Position numbers and translations under genes: made by a program. A stretch of DNA of 63,472 nt, filler included, from Phoronis australis (lineage: Eukaryota; Animalia; Phoronida), in assembly GCA_002633005.1 (NCBI GenBank). It is 14 parts of 14 records of this genome, joined end to end, with 100 filler letters (N's around TTAATTAATTAA, not from the genome) between each part and the next. Parts side by side here need not be neighbours in the genome. Positions count along the whole stretch, not along the records: positions 23,854 to 29,617 come from NMRA01002275.1; positions 29,718 to 36,742 come from NMRA01000195.1; positions 36,843 to 45,923 come from NMRA01000697.1; 11 more parts are not named here. One strand, written 5' to 3'. The notes under the pieces were generated by a model that saw only the letters and a program-made list of their open reading frames with translations, had not been told where the DNA came from and ran no database searches. Within the stretch, counting starts at the first letter, position 1; each line of letters starts with the position of its first letter. Positions 25,616-38,399 of this stretch are shown here, piece after piece.

Positions 25616-26621
25616 CTGGAAAAGAATTTCACTAAGTTACAATTGAATGTCTCTTCTCACCACAAACAAATCTTAATTTGGAAAATATGCTATGGGACTT
25701 GTGCTGACTGTTGAACATTTACCTGTGAAAAATAGGAATTAAATGATTCGGTGCCTTTTCACTTCATTTTTACCAAAAAGTATAAAGGCAAATGTCACAC
25801 AATCAAAACATGAGCACTGCAATGTAAACCTGACTGCTCTACAAACCATATGCTTCTAGGGGTGTTGACTAGTTCCATGTAATATAATTTGGGTATTTGT
25901 ATTCTACAACAAAGCTGAAAATGGACTACTGCCCGTACATCCCAGCCATACACCTCTTAGGGTGCATTAAAAGAACAAGCAATGATTTGTTAATATTAAA
26001 ACAGTCGACACAGGGTTCTATCTTGTAATCCATCCCATAATGAACTAGTGTTGTGGGGTCACATTTATAATTCCTTAAATCAAATTTTATCAAAACCTGT
26101 CAATCCATTTTGACAACAATCAGTGAATAAGCAATATCTTATGAAACCTAAATGGCCAACAGGGGATGCTGTAGTCAATTTCATATGAAAATCAACTAGT
26201 ACCTTCATGCCAAGTGAAAATAAAATCTGGTGAGAAGTTATGACTAAAGTGATCAGCTGTAGTGAAATCTGAGCACCCTGTGTATCTCAAGTTTCGCCAA
26301 AATCTGTCAACCCCTTATAAGAATAATTGACAGACAAGAAATACATTGTTGAAACCTAAAACTGCTATTAAAATAGGGGATGTCATGGTTGTTGAATCCG
26401 TTTGAAAATCGACTGACACTAACCCATCTCGGCCAAACAACTTCATTCCAAATTTCATTATGATTCGTGGAGTGGTTTTTGAGAATGGACAGGCAAAGGT
26501 AATGGCAGACAGATGGGATGTGACAATATGCAAACACACAGGTGCATAAAACAATTACAGTGTTCTGCATATATTGCTTTGCCACTAGCTCACATGTGTA
26601 TCTGTCATCACATGACAGTAC

Positions 26622-26711
26622 CTTGGTGGCTTTCATGGCCATGCCCTCTGGCAGATTGCGCTGTATGTATTCAAGGAAGGTATCAGCTGTGGACCCAGTA
26701 ATGCTGCGAAT
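26622..26711 (-). CDS. MRPS10: Mitochondrial ribosomal protein S10 exon
   Basis: [30 protein letters not shown] (human [27 protein letters not shown]). 90 nt, AG/GT bounded. Confidence 0.95.
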
Positions 26712-27898
26712 CTGTAAGAAAGCAACAACAGCTCATTCTGAGTTTGTGAACAGTTCAATTCACACAATGCACATACAAGATCACGAAGTGTGCAGTAGTT
26801 TGTCACTTGCAGGCACATTCCATAACCCTAAAGAAATGTATTCTGTTATTTAGACTTTATTTTGAGTGATTCCACAGAATTTTGCGCAATATTTGGCTAG
26901 AGCATAGAACAGAAATTACATCAGTCGAGATTAATGAAGCGATTTAACTCGGATCAGTTTTCAGACTATCATAACACAGAAAGCTATTAGCACTGGTCAG
27001 TAATGACCTGCGTCCATCCATCCACAGGGTAAAACATGACTGATACACTCCAATCAATTGCAAGTTCTAAAAAAGAAACATCATGAAAATCTATTCAAGT
27101 TAATAGATAAAATCAATATATTTTTCATGTTTTGATGTGACGTTACTAATTGAAAGAATAATGGTCTTCTTGTAAAGATTTGGACATAACAAACAGGTTG
27201 TATAAGAACTACTTAGAGAATGCTCTTAAATCCATGCACAGAGAGGTTAAGCTATCAATAGTTTACAAAAATATCATGGATCAAGGAGAAGTCAAACCGT
27301 CAACAGTTTACAGAATATCATGGACTGAACCAGTCATTAATTAACATTAAATTTTCCCACTTTTCTTGTAACGAAGGTGACATGTTGGATTTAGAAATGG
27401 TTCATTGTTGCTGCAATAAAATATTTTTAAAATTTCAGTGGCTGATTAGAAAATGATAACAGCATGTTTTTTAACGTCCCTTCCCATGACAAACCCATTA
27501 AACCATAAAAAATCAGTATCTTGCCAAGAATGTAGAACGAGTATCTGAAACATATCTTAAAAAAATTATTTTTATCTTTCTATGGTCAATTAACAGAAAC
27601 CAACCAACCGTGACAATAAAACAAATAACTTAAAGGCGAAGGCAACCTTTTTTCATGTCATTTTGAGCTAAAATAAGGTTGGTTGGTTATCCTAGACATA
27701 TTTTCCACTTAATTACAGCTTTTCGTAATTTTGTTAATTACTCGTCCGCTACTCCGGAAATGACGTTTTAGGAGGCAAGCATTTCGCGCCAATTTCATTT
27801 CATATAGACTGACTGTTAGAGCTGCCGAGTCAGTCATTGTTCTACCTCAGTTGTGTTAAGTTACGTCGTTGTTTGCTTTCATTTACTAGTCAGTCAAC

Positions 27899-28660
27899 AT
27901 GCCACACTGTTGCTGCGTACCGGGAGGTACTAATTATCGTCTCATGCGCGCTTTGGGAGTACCTTAGCATCGCTTTCCAATGGATGACACACTTTGCCGT
28001 ACTTGGCTCGTACGTGTGAAGAATGAAGCGTTACCCGTCCATGCAACGTACAAAGCAGTCGAGAATTACCGTGTGTGTAGCAAGCACTTTCTGCCGTCCG
28101 ATTATGAAAGGGATTTGTACGCTGAACTGATGAAGGTCCCTGCGAAACAACGCCTGAAGAAGGATGCCATTCCGTCTGTGTTGATTCCCGGCAGTGCCCC
28201 GTCGCCACCCTCGAGAAGTGTGTTTTTGAAGAGAGAAGCCTCGCGAGCTTTGACCAGTACAGTGACTGGAGCCAGTGGAGGCACTTCATCCACTGCCACC
28301 CGTGTCTCCGAACGTACCCCAGAGCGTGCCATTCCTGGAACCAGTAGTGAATCGCCCTGTGCTGTTTTCTCCAGCCCAGAGCCTCTAAGCAGCCCTGCAG
28401 CGATGTTGAGTAGTGGGAGTGATTACAGGCCCAGTTCGACACCCAGTGAAGAGGACAGTTCATCGTCCAGTGAACAGATCGGAGAGCCAAACTTTGATAA
28501 GTTTATTGTGGACTTGTCTAAAGTGTTGGAGCTATTTAGAAGGGGCCAGGTGTGTGGCGAGGGAGTCACACGGCACGATGTAAGCAGTTTGGGTGCTCAG
28601 GTCACCATCCAGTGGGAGTGTGTCGGGGGACACTCTGGCAAGTGGGACAGTTGTTCCTCT
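27899..28660 (+). pseudogene. THAP-domain transposase N-terminal part (catalytic domain deleted)
   Basis: MPHCCCVPGG...*HRFP...TW...RVCSKHF...RLKKDAIPSV is a THAP domain with one in-frame stop. It is followed by FIVDLSKVLELF..QVC...C..GH..KW.S, typical of Kolobok transposases. Confidence 0.85.
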
Positions 28661-28669
28661 GTCCGAGGT

Positions 28670-28990
28670 CCACTTAACCGTGTCCAGTAGTGGCTTGGCG
28701 TCGTCGAACTCTGAACAGCACAAGCATTCCATTGAGGTAGGCATAACAACGCACACAGTGCATTTGCACCAAGATGTGTCACCACCGTGACGTCTGTCCT
28801 CAGTAGCCACCTCGTTTCTCTCAACAGCTGCCTGTGCCTGTGCGTACTCTGCCTCGTTATACTCGGGCTCAAACATGTACCCACCCACAGAATGCCCGTG
28901 AAAAAATTCCTCGTCACCACTGCTGTGAACAAGGTCTCCGTCACTCAAGGCACTACTGTCACTGTGATACGGGTCACCGACTCCAGCCAT
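28670..28990 (-). pseudogene. KolX-like / P2X7 ballast (nanor-like) Zn-binding protein, N-terminal part
   Basis: Acidic N-terminus, YMFEPE motif and SWCKCTVCVVMPTSMECLCCSE, matching the WCxCxxC...MPT..ECxCCxE motif of P2X7-ballast-like proteins. Confidence 0.75.
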
Positions 28991-29321
28991 TTTCAGCTTA
29001 CAACACACTAAACAATCCCTAAATCCAACCTATCTTGCCGCAGAATACTCACCAATGGAAAGTGGTGGCGACAATTCTTGAAAAACAGCACAAAACAAAA
29101 GTAGAATAAAACAGATTTGCACGGTTAACTCAACGCAAAACCAAGTGGCGGGAAACGCTTGCCTCCTAAAACGTCACTTCCGGAGTAGGAGACGAGTAAT
29201 CAATAAAATTACGAAAAGCTGTAATTAAGTGGAACATATGTCTAGGATAACCAACCAACCTTATTTTAGCTCAAAATGACATGAAAAAAGGTTGCCTTTG
29301 CCTTTAACAGACATTTCTTAC

Positions 29322-29430
29322 CTTAAAAGTCCTAAAATGTGTTCTCCATTCATATTGAACCCTGTGCTTTTTAAAGATGTGAACAGACTTGAGGAGTGTG
29401 CGTCTTTCAATAATCCTGGGAGGAGTTGTT
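29322..29430 (-). CDS. MRPS10: Mitochondrial ribosomal protein S10 exon
   Basis: [36 protein letters not shown] (human [28 protein letters not shown]). Acceptor tttcag, donor AAG|GTAAGA. Confidence 0.95.
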
Positions 29431-29494
29431 CTGAAACATAGATTAAGAAGCACATTAAGCTGAAATACAAGTACAGGGTGTGAGATACAGCTAT

Positions 29495-29617
29495 CTTGGG
29501 AGTATATGGGTGTGTCCTGTGAGTATAGGGGTGTGTCCTGAGAGTATAGGGGTGTGTCCTGGGAGTATGGGAGGATTGTCCTGGGATTATGGGAGGTGTG
29601 TCCTGGGAGTATAGGGG
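29495..29617. repeat. ~20-bp minisatellite (GTGTCCTGGGAGTATAGGGG)
   Basis: About 6 tandem units running to the contig end. Confidence 0.85.
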
Positions 29618-31135
29618 NNNNNNNNNNNNNNNNNNNNNNNNNNNNNNNNNNNNNNNNNNNNTTAATTAATTAANNNNNNNNNNNNNNNNNNNNNNNNNNN
29701 NNNNNNNNNNNNNNNNNCCGTGTTGCCGATCATACATGTAGATGGCACGATGTTGCACAGATTTGTACTTAAACCTGCCGTTAATCCAGACTCCACGGGA
29801 ACTTAAAAAACCTTACAGACGCTATTTATAAAACTTAATGAGGATTTCAGGTACTTCATCGAAACCATTTTTATTCAAGCATTGAAGTCGCCATATCGAA
29901 AACGGCGATTTCGAAGCAGTCAATTGGCGAGTTTTCGCCTTGGGATTTGAGCACAATTTTCTGTAAAATGATCGTAATTTAGCAGCAAAATTTGATAGCA
30001 ATGCACCACAGTTTTGTTGAAAGTCTTTCATAGATTACACATACATCACAGAGCGTAAATTTGATGAATCTTAGCTTCCGATTTCACCCGTTTCGGCGAC
30101 CGGATTTCAACTGCCTTGGGTTATAATAAGCGCCCTCCCTGAACCGAACTTTTCTAAGCACCCTGGGCGGTTATTACGGCGAATACGGTACTTTCACCTC
30201 ATTTTCATGGTCACAGGGAGACAATCAAGTTTCACATGTCTAAATGTGGATAGATGTCATGAGAATGGAATTCTTAAAATTTTGCTCATATTTTGTAGTA
30301 TAGGTAGAGCTACTCCAGGTTGTAGTCAATTTTTGGTGACCTTTGCATCATTCTTTGGTCACAGCAAGAAAATCGAGTTGGAACTTTAGATGATGTTCAT
30401 ATCTTTTGTACCGAGGTGAAAGTGTGACATACACCAGTCGAGTTCGGAAACTCCATTTTGAAGGTGGCAAAGAGTGATCTGGGACCCTTCCACTACTTAC
30501 ATTCTATTGGCGTCGTGTTGTGATCAGTAATTATTCCCAATATCTGCAAATGTTTTCCGCCACGTGGAAACTAAAAAATTTGATTAAAAACGACAGAAAC
30601 TTTCTATCAGTCTATATTTTCTCTCATTTTAACTTGCTGCACACCCAGGGCAGCCTCAAGTCCATGCCCTGCTGATTCTGAAATACCAGTACATCTAAAT
30701 GAAAAGAACATGAAACTCACTCACCACCAGCTCCTGTACTCAGTCATGTTCATTGACATTACCTTGGTTGTCAAACCTTTCATCTCACAAATTGCATTGA
30801 AAGCATGAGTGTTTTTACAAAAAAACTTGCATGGCTTCCATTGTTGGCTAATGTAGACACTGCTTGTATTGTCACATCCTCAATTGGGAGAATTGAGATT
30901 CTGCCTGTTGATTCAGCCATTTTAAGCATGGCTGACAATTGCGGAAGGTCAAGTTATGCTGCATAATTGAAGAATGTGGTAATTTAGTCAGTTTGGTATT
31001 TACTTCTCAAAACACCACAGACTGCAGATTTCTGCTTTAGTTTAAACGAGCATGGTACAGATATTATGGTTTGACAGGACGTTGGGTGCCCAGTGTGTAG
31101 TTACACCTTTAGCGACTATTCCTCATGCATTGCAG

Positions 31136-31240
31136 GTTGACGAGATGTATAGAGAGGCACCCATTAAGAAGGGACAGTTTGATTACATAGAGTTCACAAG
31201 AATCCTGAAACACGGCAAAAAGGACAAAGATGATGAGTAG
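31136..31240 (+). CDS. Myosin regulatory light chain (sqh/MYL9/MYL12-like), last exon
   Basis: tgcag|[34 protein letters not shown]. An AT-rich 3' UTR-like region follows, with AATAAA near 32272. Confidence 0.93.
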   Translation, partial: VDEMYREAPIKKGQFDYIEFTRILKHGKKDKDDE

Positions 31241-33445
31241 AGGTGTGCATCGTTTTGAAAGACTGTACTACTATACTCCATACTCCCAGGCTTGAGAGCT
31301 GTCCACTGGACCCAATGGCTTAGTCGCGTAGACTTAGTAACTTGGACAGCTTGAACGTGTGAGCGAATTGTTGTGAAGTTTTAGTAATGGTTACTGGCTA
31401 GTTTTATTGCCTACCATCTTATACATTTATATATATTAGAATTGGTCTCCATAAACTGCAATGAAAGGCTACTTGTGAAAGTTGCAGATTCTCCACCAAA
31501 GTAAGGGTTTGCTAAACTGAATGTCAACTTTGCAGTCTGTTGTCACGTCGAATCTTAGTGCTTAATAGAATGTTTGCTTTTTCATTTGTAATTGTGGCAA
31601 ATCTTGACTTCACAGAACGTCAGTTTTGTAGCTACTGTCACAAAGTATGTGAGGTCTTGAAAAAATGTTCATTTTGCCTTCTGTTTTTGTGGTAAAGCGT
31701 AATTCTCATCAGTAAGTTAATTTTCTCTCTAGAGTTGTGAATGTCGGTGTTGCCGTCTTTGTATTGAATCTTGGCTCTTGATAGAACCTCAGTTTTGTCA
31801 TATATGCGGCTCTTGTTGTAACCAGTAAGACACCTGCCTTCAATTTTGTAAACCACTCCTCAGTAGATTAACATCTATTTGTACTGGTTGTATTTTTTAT
31901 TTGAAAAGAGTCTTGTGCAGTTTGTATTTGTCTAAGTGCTTATTTGATGACAAAATAGTGCTTAAATGGTTGATGGAAAACTGCTAACAAAAAACTACCT
32001 ATTTCTGTTCGATTGTAGAAAATATTAACATTCCATGTTTTTTATTTTGGATTCTCGTTGATTAGTTATTGGAAAACATGTTACTGAATTGACAATTAAA
32101 AAGTTGGAATGTTCATGTGGCAGACTTTAAACAAGAAGAGTCAACTATGCAAAGTTCAGATGTGAAACTCAAATCTCCAAGTCTTTGATTACCTGTATGA
32201 ATAGATCTCTTTATTAATTAAAGTGTAGATCTGCTTAATTATGTCTTTCACATAATTGTGACATGATTATTAATAAAAAATAACGTTTATTCACATTACA
32301 TTTGCTGGGTTTCTTTTTCTTCATAAACTCAAACAAAATGTTTCAAGAAATCTACACTTTACAGTGATTTTATGGCGTCTGATCAAACGCAGGTTAGATT
32401 GATACTCTGAGAAAATAATTAATGAACATTTGTTCGACATCAAAACGAATATGATACCAGTGCTTTTCTAAACACGATCTAGAAATGTTTAGGTGATGAT
32501 AACTGGCCTTGATATTGCCACTGACATTTCTTACAGTATGAAATTCTAATTTCTTAAGAAACTGTTTATTAAGAGTGATGCTGCCATTTTGGTGTGTTTA
32601 ATTTAAAGGCTTTCAAGTGCAGAACACTGAATTTTTTTTAAGGTTCGGGATTACCAGCCCTGTTGATTTTTGTGAATCTACAGCAAGCGGAACATTTCTG
32701 TGAACAGTGAGCATTAGGATTCAGTGATCCAAGAGGAGTGAAATAATATTTTAACACTGCTGTCCCTATTTTTTGAACTTACTAGGTATTGTATATTCAG
32801 TAAAAAGTAATGACTGCCACAAGTTACGATTTCTAGATGTCCAGCTCGAATGTCATATTCAGTCTTGCCCTGCCAAGCAACCAAGACTTTATGCACTTAA
32901 AATGTTTGATCTGTAATTATAAGAAATGGAACTTAAAAAATGTTGCCAACCTGGTTGCTTGCAGTTTTGAGGTTTTTTAAATTTTGAACAAGCACTTATG
33001 TTCAAAAATATATTCATTTTTTGTTCGTTCAAAATTTTCATCTTATATGGCGATACCAGGAACTAAGAGAATTTCTCAATTATTTTTGTAGTCTGGTTCT
33101 CAAAATGTGTTTCAATTCCAAATGTGATTTTCAGCCTTCATACAGGATTATCTGCCACTATAATGTTTCATTTTTTTCACAACTTTGGTTAATTGGCAAT
33201 CGGCCCTCCAAACTGTGCATCAACTTTCTAAACCATTGAATTGATATTCACTTCAGAGAAATGTGCATTCCAAAATCAACTGAACTGCTGAATCAAGTTG
33301 CAAATAACAAAGTCAGCGTTCTGAACACTGATCTGACAAAAGACTTGCTCTTTTGTGATTTGTTGCAGCTTTTCTATCACCTGATGTCAGTTTTAAAAAG
33401 GCATGTTTAATTCAGAAAACAACCAGTTATTCGACACCACTCTTG

Positions 33446-33491
33446 CACACACGCACACGCACACGCGCACACACACACACACACACACACA
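33446..33491. repeat. (CA)n/(CACG)n microsatellite
   Basis: Direct inspection. Confidence 0.9.
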
Positions 33492-34879
33492 ATTGTGCCA
33501 CCTATAGCACGACAGTACTACACAACCTCAAAACTAATGTACGAGGATCATAGTTTTAACTGAAATTTTTACTAGTCCGTTTTCAAGAGATTGCTTTAAA
33601 ACATATATACTATTACTAGTTAATGAAGCGGGACTTCTTTAGAAGCCAAGAATTCATGTGTGGTAAAATTAATCGGATTCTTTTAGGAAGCAATGGGGGC
33701 CGCTTTGACTTCATCGCCACCTGGCTGCACCTGGAGGTACTTCTTCTAAGCAGACAGCATAGGGGAGCATGTTCAACTTGATGAAAAGAACCTTTTACAG
33801 TGTATGTGATATGTTTTGAACAAAAATGAAATTGTCTTCTCGTTCTCAATAAGGAAATGGTAGACTGTCCCACCCTTACATAGCACACATAAAGCATTGT
33901 ATAAAAAAACAAACATGTCAAATAAAAAGACTATTTATTAAAGTAAACAGTACTACAGTGGCCAGCCACTAATACATTAATCACACCCATTAATATTCCT
34001 AATATCTGCAAATGAAAACACTAAAATAACAAGGATCATTGTTTAGATAAGAAATTAATTTCTTCGCTTGTTTCAACAGAAAAGTGTCGAGAAGTCAGAG
34101 ATCCTGACAACACTAATGAAAACGCATTGCATGTTCATAAGTCATTTCTTCATAACTTCATGATTATTTTACGGTTATAGTGCCAAATTTCGTTCTCGAC
34201 TGCCTTCTGGGTGTTCTTGATCGCTGGTTGGCCGGGATGTTTGTGGCGATTCCAACTCAGGACTGGGTGATATGCGCGATTGTGTAACTAGCATTGATCA
34301 GACCAAGGAGAAGGGATGTATTTGACCTAACAATAAACAAAAGCGGCACAAGTTTAATTTGATTTTTTGCTTTTTCGATGTTTTTAAAGTGCAATTTGAA
34401 CTGTTCAGCAAAAACTAAAATGTGTTTCAAGGCTAAACAGTTATTTTAGTGCGACGAGTTACAACATTTTTGGAATTCAATGTCTGAGAAAGAAAAAAAA
34501 TACCCGAAGGAAAAGAATGGAAGCAAATGTAAAGCTTTTCATTCCGATTATAAAAAGGTCCGTTTTGATTTTGATAAGAGGTATAGAAATTTATAAAGGA
34601 AATTTAATAGCTCTGCTTGAGAAATCATGCAAAATATTCCGCAAACCCTCGGGAAATAATTGCCAATTTGGGCCCAAAAAATCGGCGGAAAAATAAATTA
34701 CCACGTAATCCGGCTGAAAGGTGGAAGGGCAGACTTTTCTGAACTTAATGGCCCTTTTCCAAGAACACGAGGTGAGAAGTGAGTCAATGATATTTAATCA
34801 AGTTTGCCTGATGCAGAGAATTCTTTTTCTCATCCAGAGTATCGAAGCCCACCAATTTTCTAAGATTGCCTGGAAAAAT

Positions 34880-35990
34880 AATTTTCTTTTGTAGAGCTGA
34901 ATGATTTTGTATTAACACTTAAGAGGGGAAAAGCAGTCGGAATTGACCGAATCCCGAGTGAAGTTATAATAATTACCTGCTACAACTTTTAGTTCAATTA
35001 TTCAGTTTGGTTGTACCTTCAATTAAATGTCTATCCACTTGGTACAAGGCAATTATTGCTCCAATACCTAAAGGACATAACAAGATCTAAGTATGACTGG
35101 GGAATTAGCCTGTTGTCCACGAACCATCAAGTTTCAAAACTGGAGCTTTTGAATTTTAATAATCAATTGGCTGAAGAACATAATGGCTTCCGAAGCTATA
35201 GGTCCTGCTCTGACCATGTCTTCTTCTTAACTTCAGTTATTTGAAAAAATATGGATGTGCAAAAAGTGTTTGATAGTATAAGCAGAAAAACATAGTTGGG
35301 GTTTGGGTCTATAATTGTTTCTCGCAACGTGAAATGGTTCGTTATAGAGCCTTTAGGCTTTTCTTAGTAGTACATAAGCATGCAGCCAATGTATTCCTAT
35401 GCGTAGACACCGGCTGGGCAACAGGAATTTATCAACAACACGAGAACAAGATCCGTTTATGGAATCATTTGATTGTGATGGATGAAAACAGAATTGCAAA
35501 ACGTGTATTTATGTATGAATATAATATAATGTAAAAATAGCTGGAGCTCATATATCAAAGATATTTTGTCAGAGGTTCAAGTTCTCCAAGCATTCACTTC
35601 AGTCAAAACGTGGTTGCTGTTGAATATTTTGGTAATTTGTGTTTTGAAAAAGAGGAAATGTCGTGGAGTGACGTGGTTGGCTCATTACGCTTGCAGACTA
35701 CCAAGTCAGAATATTGAATTGAAAAATACGTATTTCTTCCCGCTACATTGATACCTGTGTTAGAACGGTTGCGGTCAGGAATTTTACCATTACAGGTGGA
35801 ATGAGGGATGTTTTCGGGAACTCTATTAAATGAAAGATTATGTGATGTATGTGACCAAAATTTAATTGAAAACGAAATGCATTTTATTTTCGTTGGCAAC
35901 ACATATAATAGTTTAAGAACGGAGTTTCCAAGTGAATGCGCCCTTCTAGACCTGTTTTTAAATTATCCGAAAGCATTTCGAGGTTTTGAT
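34880..35990 (+). pseudogene. Highly degenerate L2/CR1-group LINE reverse transcriptase
   Basis: LKRGKAVGIDRIPSE, LAEEHNGFRSYRSCSDHVF and RSGILPLQVE...ERLCDVC...ENEMHFIF. Many deletions and stops. Confidence 0.8.
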
Positions 35991-36842
35991 TAGGGGAGTA
36001 GCTTGTTTACATTGTGTGCAACCGTTTGGGATTTAATTGATATTTAGATGACATATAAGTCCAAGAGTCCGGGGATTTGTAGCATATCAAGTTTATTTGT
36101 TTATTAATTGTATTCTGAGATGGATCCATGTCATGATAATAAATAATAAATCGATAGTTTACATTAGTCATCAAACTAGAGTACGAAATATCCGATGGCC
36201 AGACTTGACTTGAAGATTGCGCCGATTCGATATTTATTTATTACACCATGTATGAACTTTTCAGCCTAATATTTCAATATTTTGTTCAACTCTTGGTTTC
36301 CTGTGCTACTAAACTAAAACTTTTTTGATGAAACCTCCAACAAATCAAAAGTTAATCAGGTACACACAACTGATCGCCTGTACAAGAAGTGGAGACAATC
36401 ACAGCGTTGCCTGTTTGGCCACGCTTTCGTATTTCACATTGAGACCTTTCGAAAAATCGCCTTTTGGGCCTGATAACTTGCACTCGTATTTAGAACGCCA
36501 AATCCGTCTTCATAGCCAAGGAACCTGAGTGATAGGATACCCAATATTTGATTTTCATCGATCATCGTTCACAGATTTTCTATAAGTTATTGGTCACCAT
36601 CACTGCCATCCCGCGGTAAAGAAATCGTTCGGTATTAACACAGATGGATGACATTCAAAAGTAAATAACGCATTCCAAAATAATATGAGATTTTCACAAA
36701 GTCTCAAAAATTTTTTTCACTCAATTCAATTGAAAGTGGGTGNNNNNNNNNNNNNNNNNNNNNNNNNNNNNNNNNNNNNNNNNNNNTTAATTAATTAANN
36801 NNNNNNNNNNNNNNNNNNNNNNNNNNNNNNNNNNNNNNNNNN

Positions 36843-37745
36843 TATGGAATCCCAGTCAGTGTTGGTGATATCCTGGCGCAGTTTATCGGTGTCGACCTGA
36901 TCATATTTCCAGTTGGTTCGAGTAGTGTGTTGTTCATTAACCGGTTTTTTAAGTGTTAGAGTGGTTTCAATAGTGTGGTGATCAGAATTGCCAACAGGAG
37001 GCAGTACAGAACATGAGCCAATGATACTCAAATTGTTTGTTATACAGAGGTCAATACATGAATGAGAAACGTCGGTGATACGGGTTGGCTCATTAATTAG
37101 TTGTATGCAGTCATTAGACAATAAAATATCAATTAATTGTAGTCCGGCCGTATTGTCATGATCATCATTGTACCATGTAGAGTTTCGGGCATTGAAATCA
37201 CCATTTATGATTATACTAACGCTATTGCGTTTAAGTTCCGCTAACTGATCGGCTAGGGCTTTGAAGTAGAGTTTTCTTTCAGTTGGAGATTGAGAAGGTG
37301 AGCGATAAAACAACCCATAGTAAAATTTTCTGTGATCGAAATAAATTTCGATCACAGAAAAATTTACTATGGGTAATAAATTTCGATCCAGCAGTTGCAT
37401 AACTGAGGACAAGTTAAGCTAGGACATAATTTAAATGAGAGTGTGTTTTTAGTGAATAAGATGATACCACGGTCACTGTTACTGTGATACGCTACACTGT
37501 AACCAGGAATGATTAGTTCATTATCAAGGTCGTCTTTGGTAACATTACAAGTTTCACAAAGAGCGACAATCATATAATCGTAAGACACAACAAAGTTTTT
37601 TAGAAGTTGGAATCTGGAGAAATTGTTGGATTTAATACTGTTAATATTTGAAAATATGATTTTAAAGGTAGTATTGTCTTCAGGCCCAGGATTTTCTTCA
37701 ACATCGCCAGCTAAAAGGAGGCACATGCCAATGACGATTCCGTAA
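36843..37745 (-). mobile_element. CR1/L2-group LINE ORF2 5' part: 2A-like peptide plus APE endonuclease (frameshifted)
   Basis: LLLAGDVEENPGP, then SNINSIK, ALCET, YRSP, GDFNA, EPTRIT...SCIDL and SDH, the full APE motif series. Confidence 0.92.
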
Positions 37746-38399
37746 TCCATACAGGTGTTATATAAACAATAGTAAGACACATGAGTAAGCTGAACCCGCA
37801 TAGCGTGATATCTCATTCGATGCCGGTGAGAGGACTTGAACTGTGACCATGAGGGGGAAAACATTGCAAGACCAGAGAAACTCACACTACTCGAGGCACT
37901 CAAAGGATAGCCGTATTTAACAATTAATACACCAATGCTTGTTGAAAATTCAAGGGTTGTTAAATGAATAAGGTAGTCTGGACAACTAGGGGAGTCATTT
38001 TTAAAATACAAAATTATATCATAGGCTCGCTTACAGGTACATAAATAGCAACTTAGTTGAAAAGCACAACATATAAATTCAATCTTGGGAAACCAGTTAG
38101 TTCTATTGCAAGTGAATACAAAGCACATAGATAATGATTGACCTAAAGATATGTACAGAGGAAATATGACCAAATAGTAACGGACAAAAGAAGGTTAAAT
38201 ATAAGAGTTTGAACACTCAAATTCGCTGAAGAAAACACAAAAAGATGTATTGAAGATCTCTCACTATGGATAACTTAGTTGTAACACGTTTTAGAATTGA
38301 TAAAAGGCTATGAGTTCTTACCACTATAGGCCACCCAGTAATGACTGATCAGCTCATGTGTTCGGTGGTGTCTTCTGAATTGAATTAAACTTTCTCACA

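Larger units (their letters stand above)
27634..29303 (+). mobile_element. Internally deleted Kolobok-type DNA transposon, copy 2 (in an MRPS10 intron)
   Basis: TTAA TSD at 27630-27633 and 29304-29307; highly similar ~155-bp TIRs starting AGGCGAAGGCAACC; convergent THAP-transposase and KolX-like ORFs. Confidence 0.9.

Noticed and set aside
33616-34330. Possible minus-strand terminal exons
   Set aside because: An acceptor-like site is present near 34328, but all frames stop quickly and no homology is recognisable.
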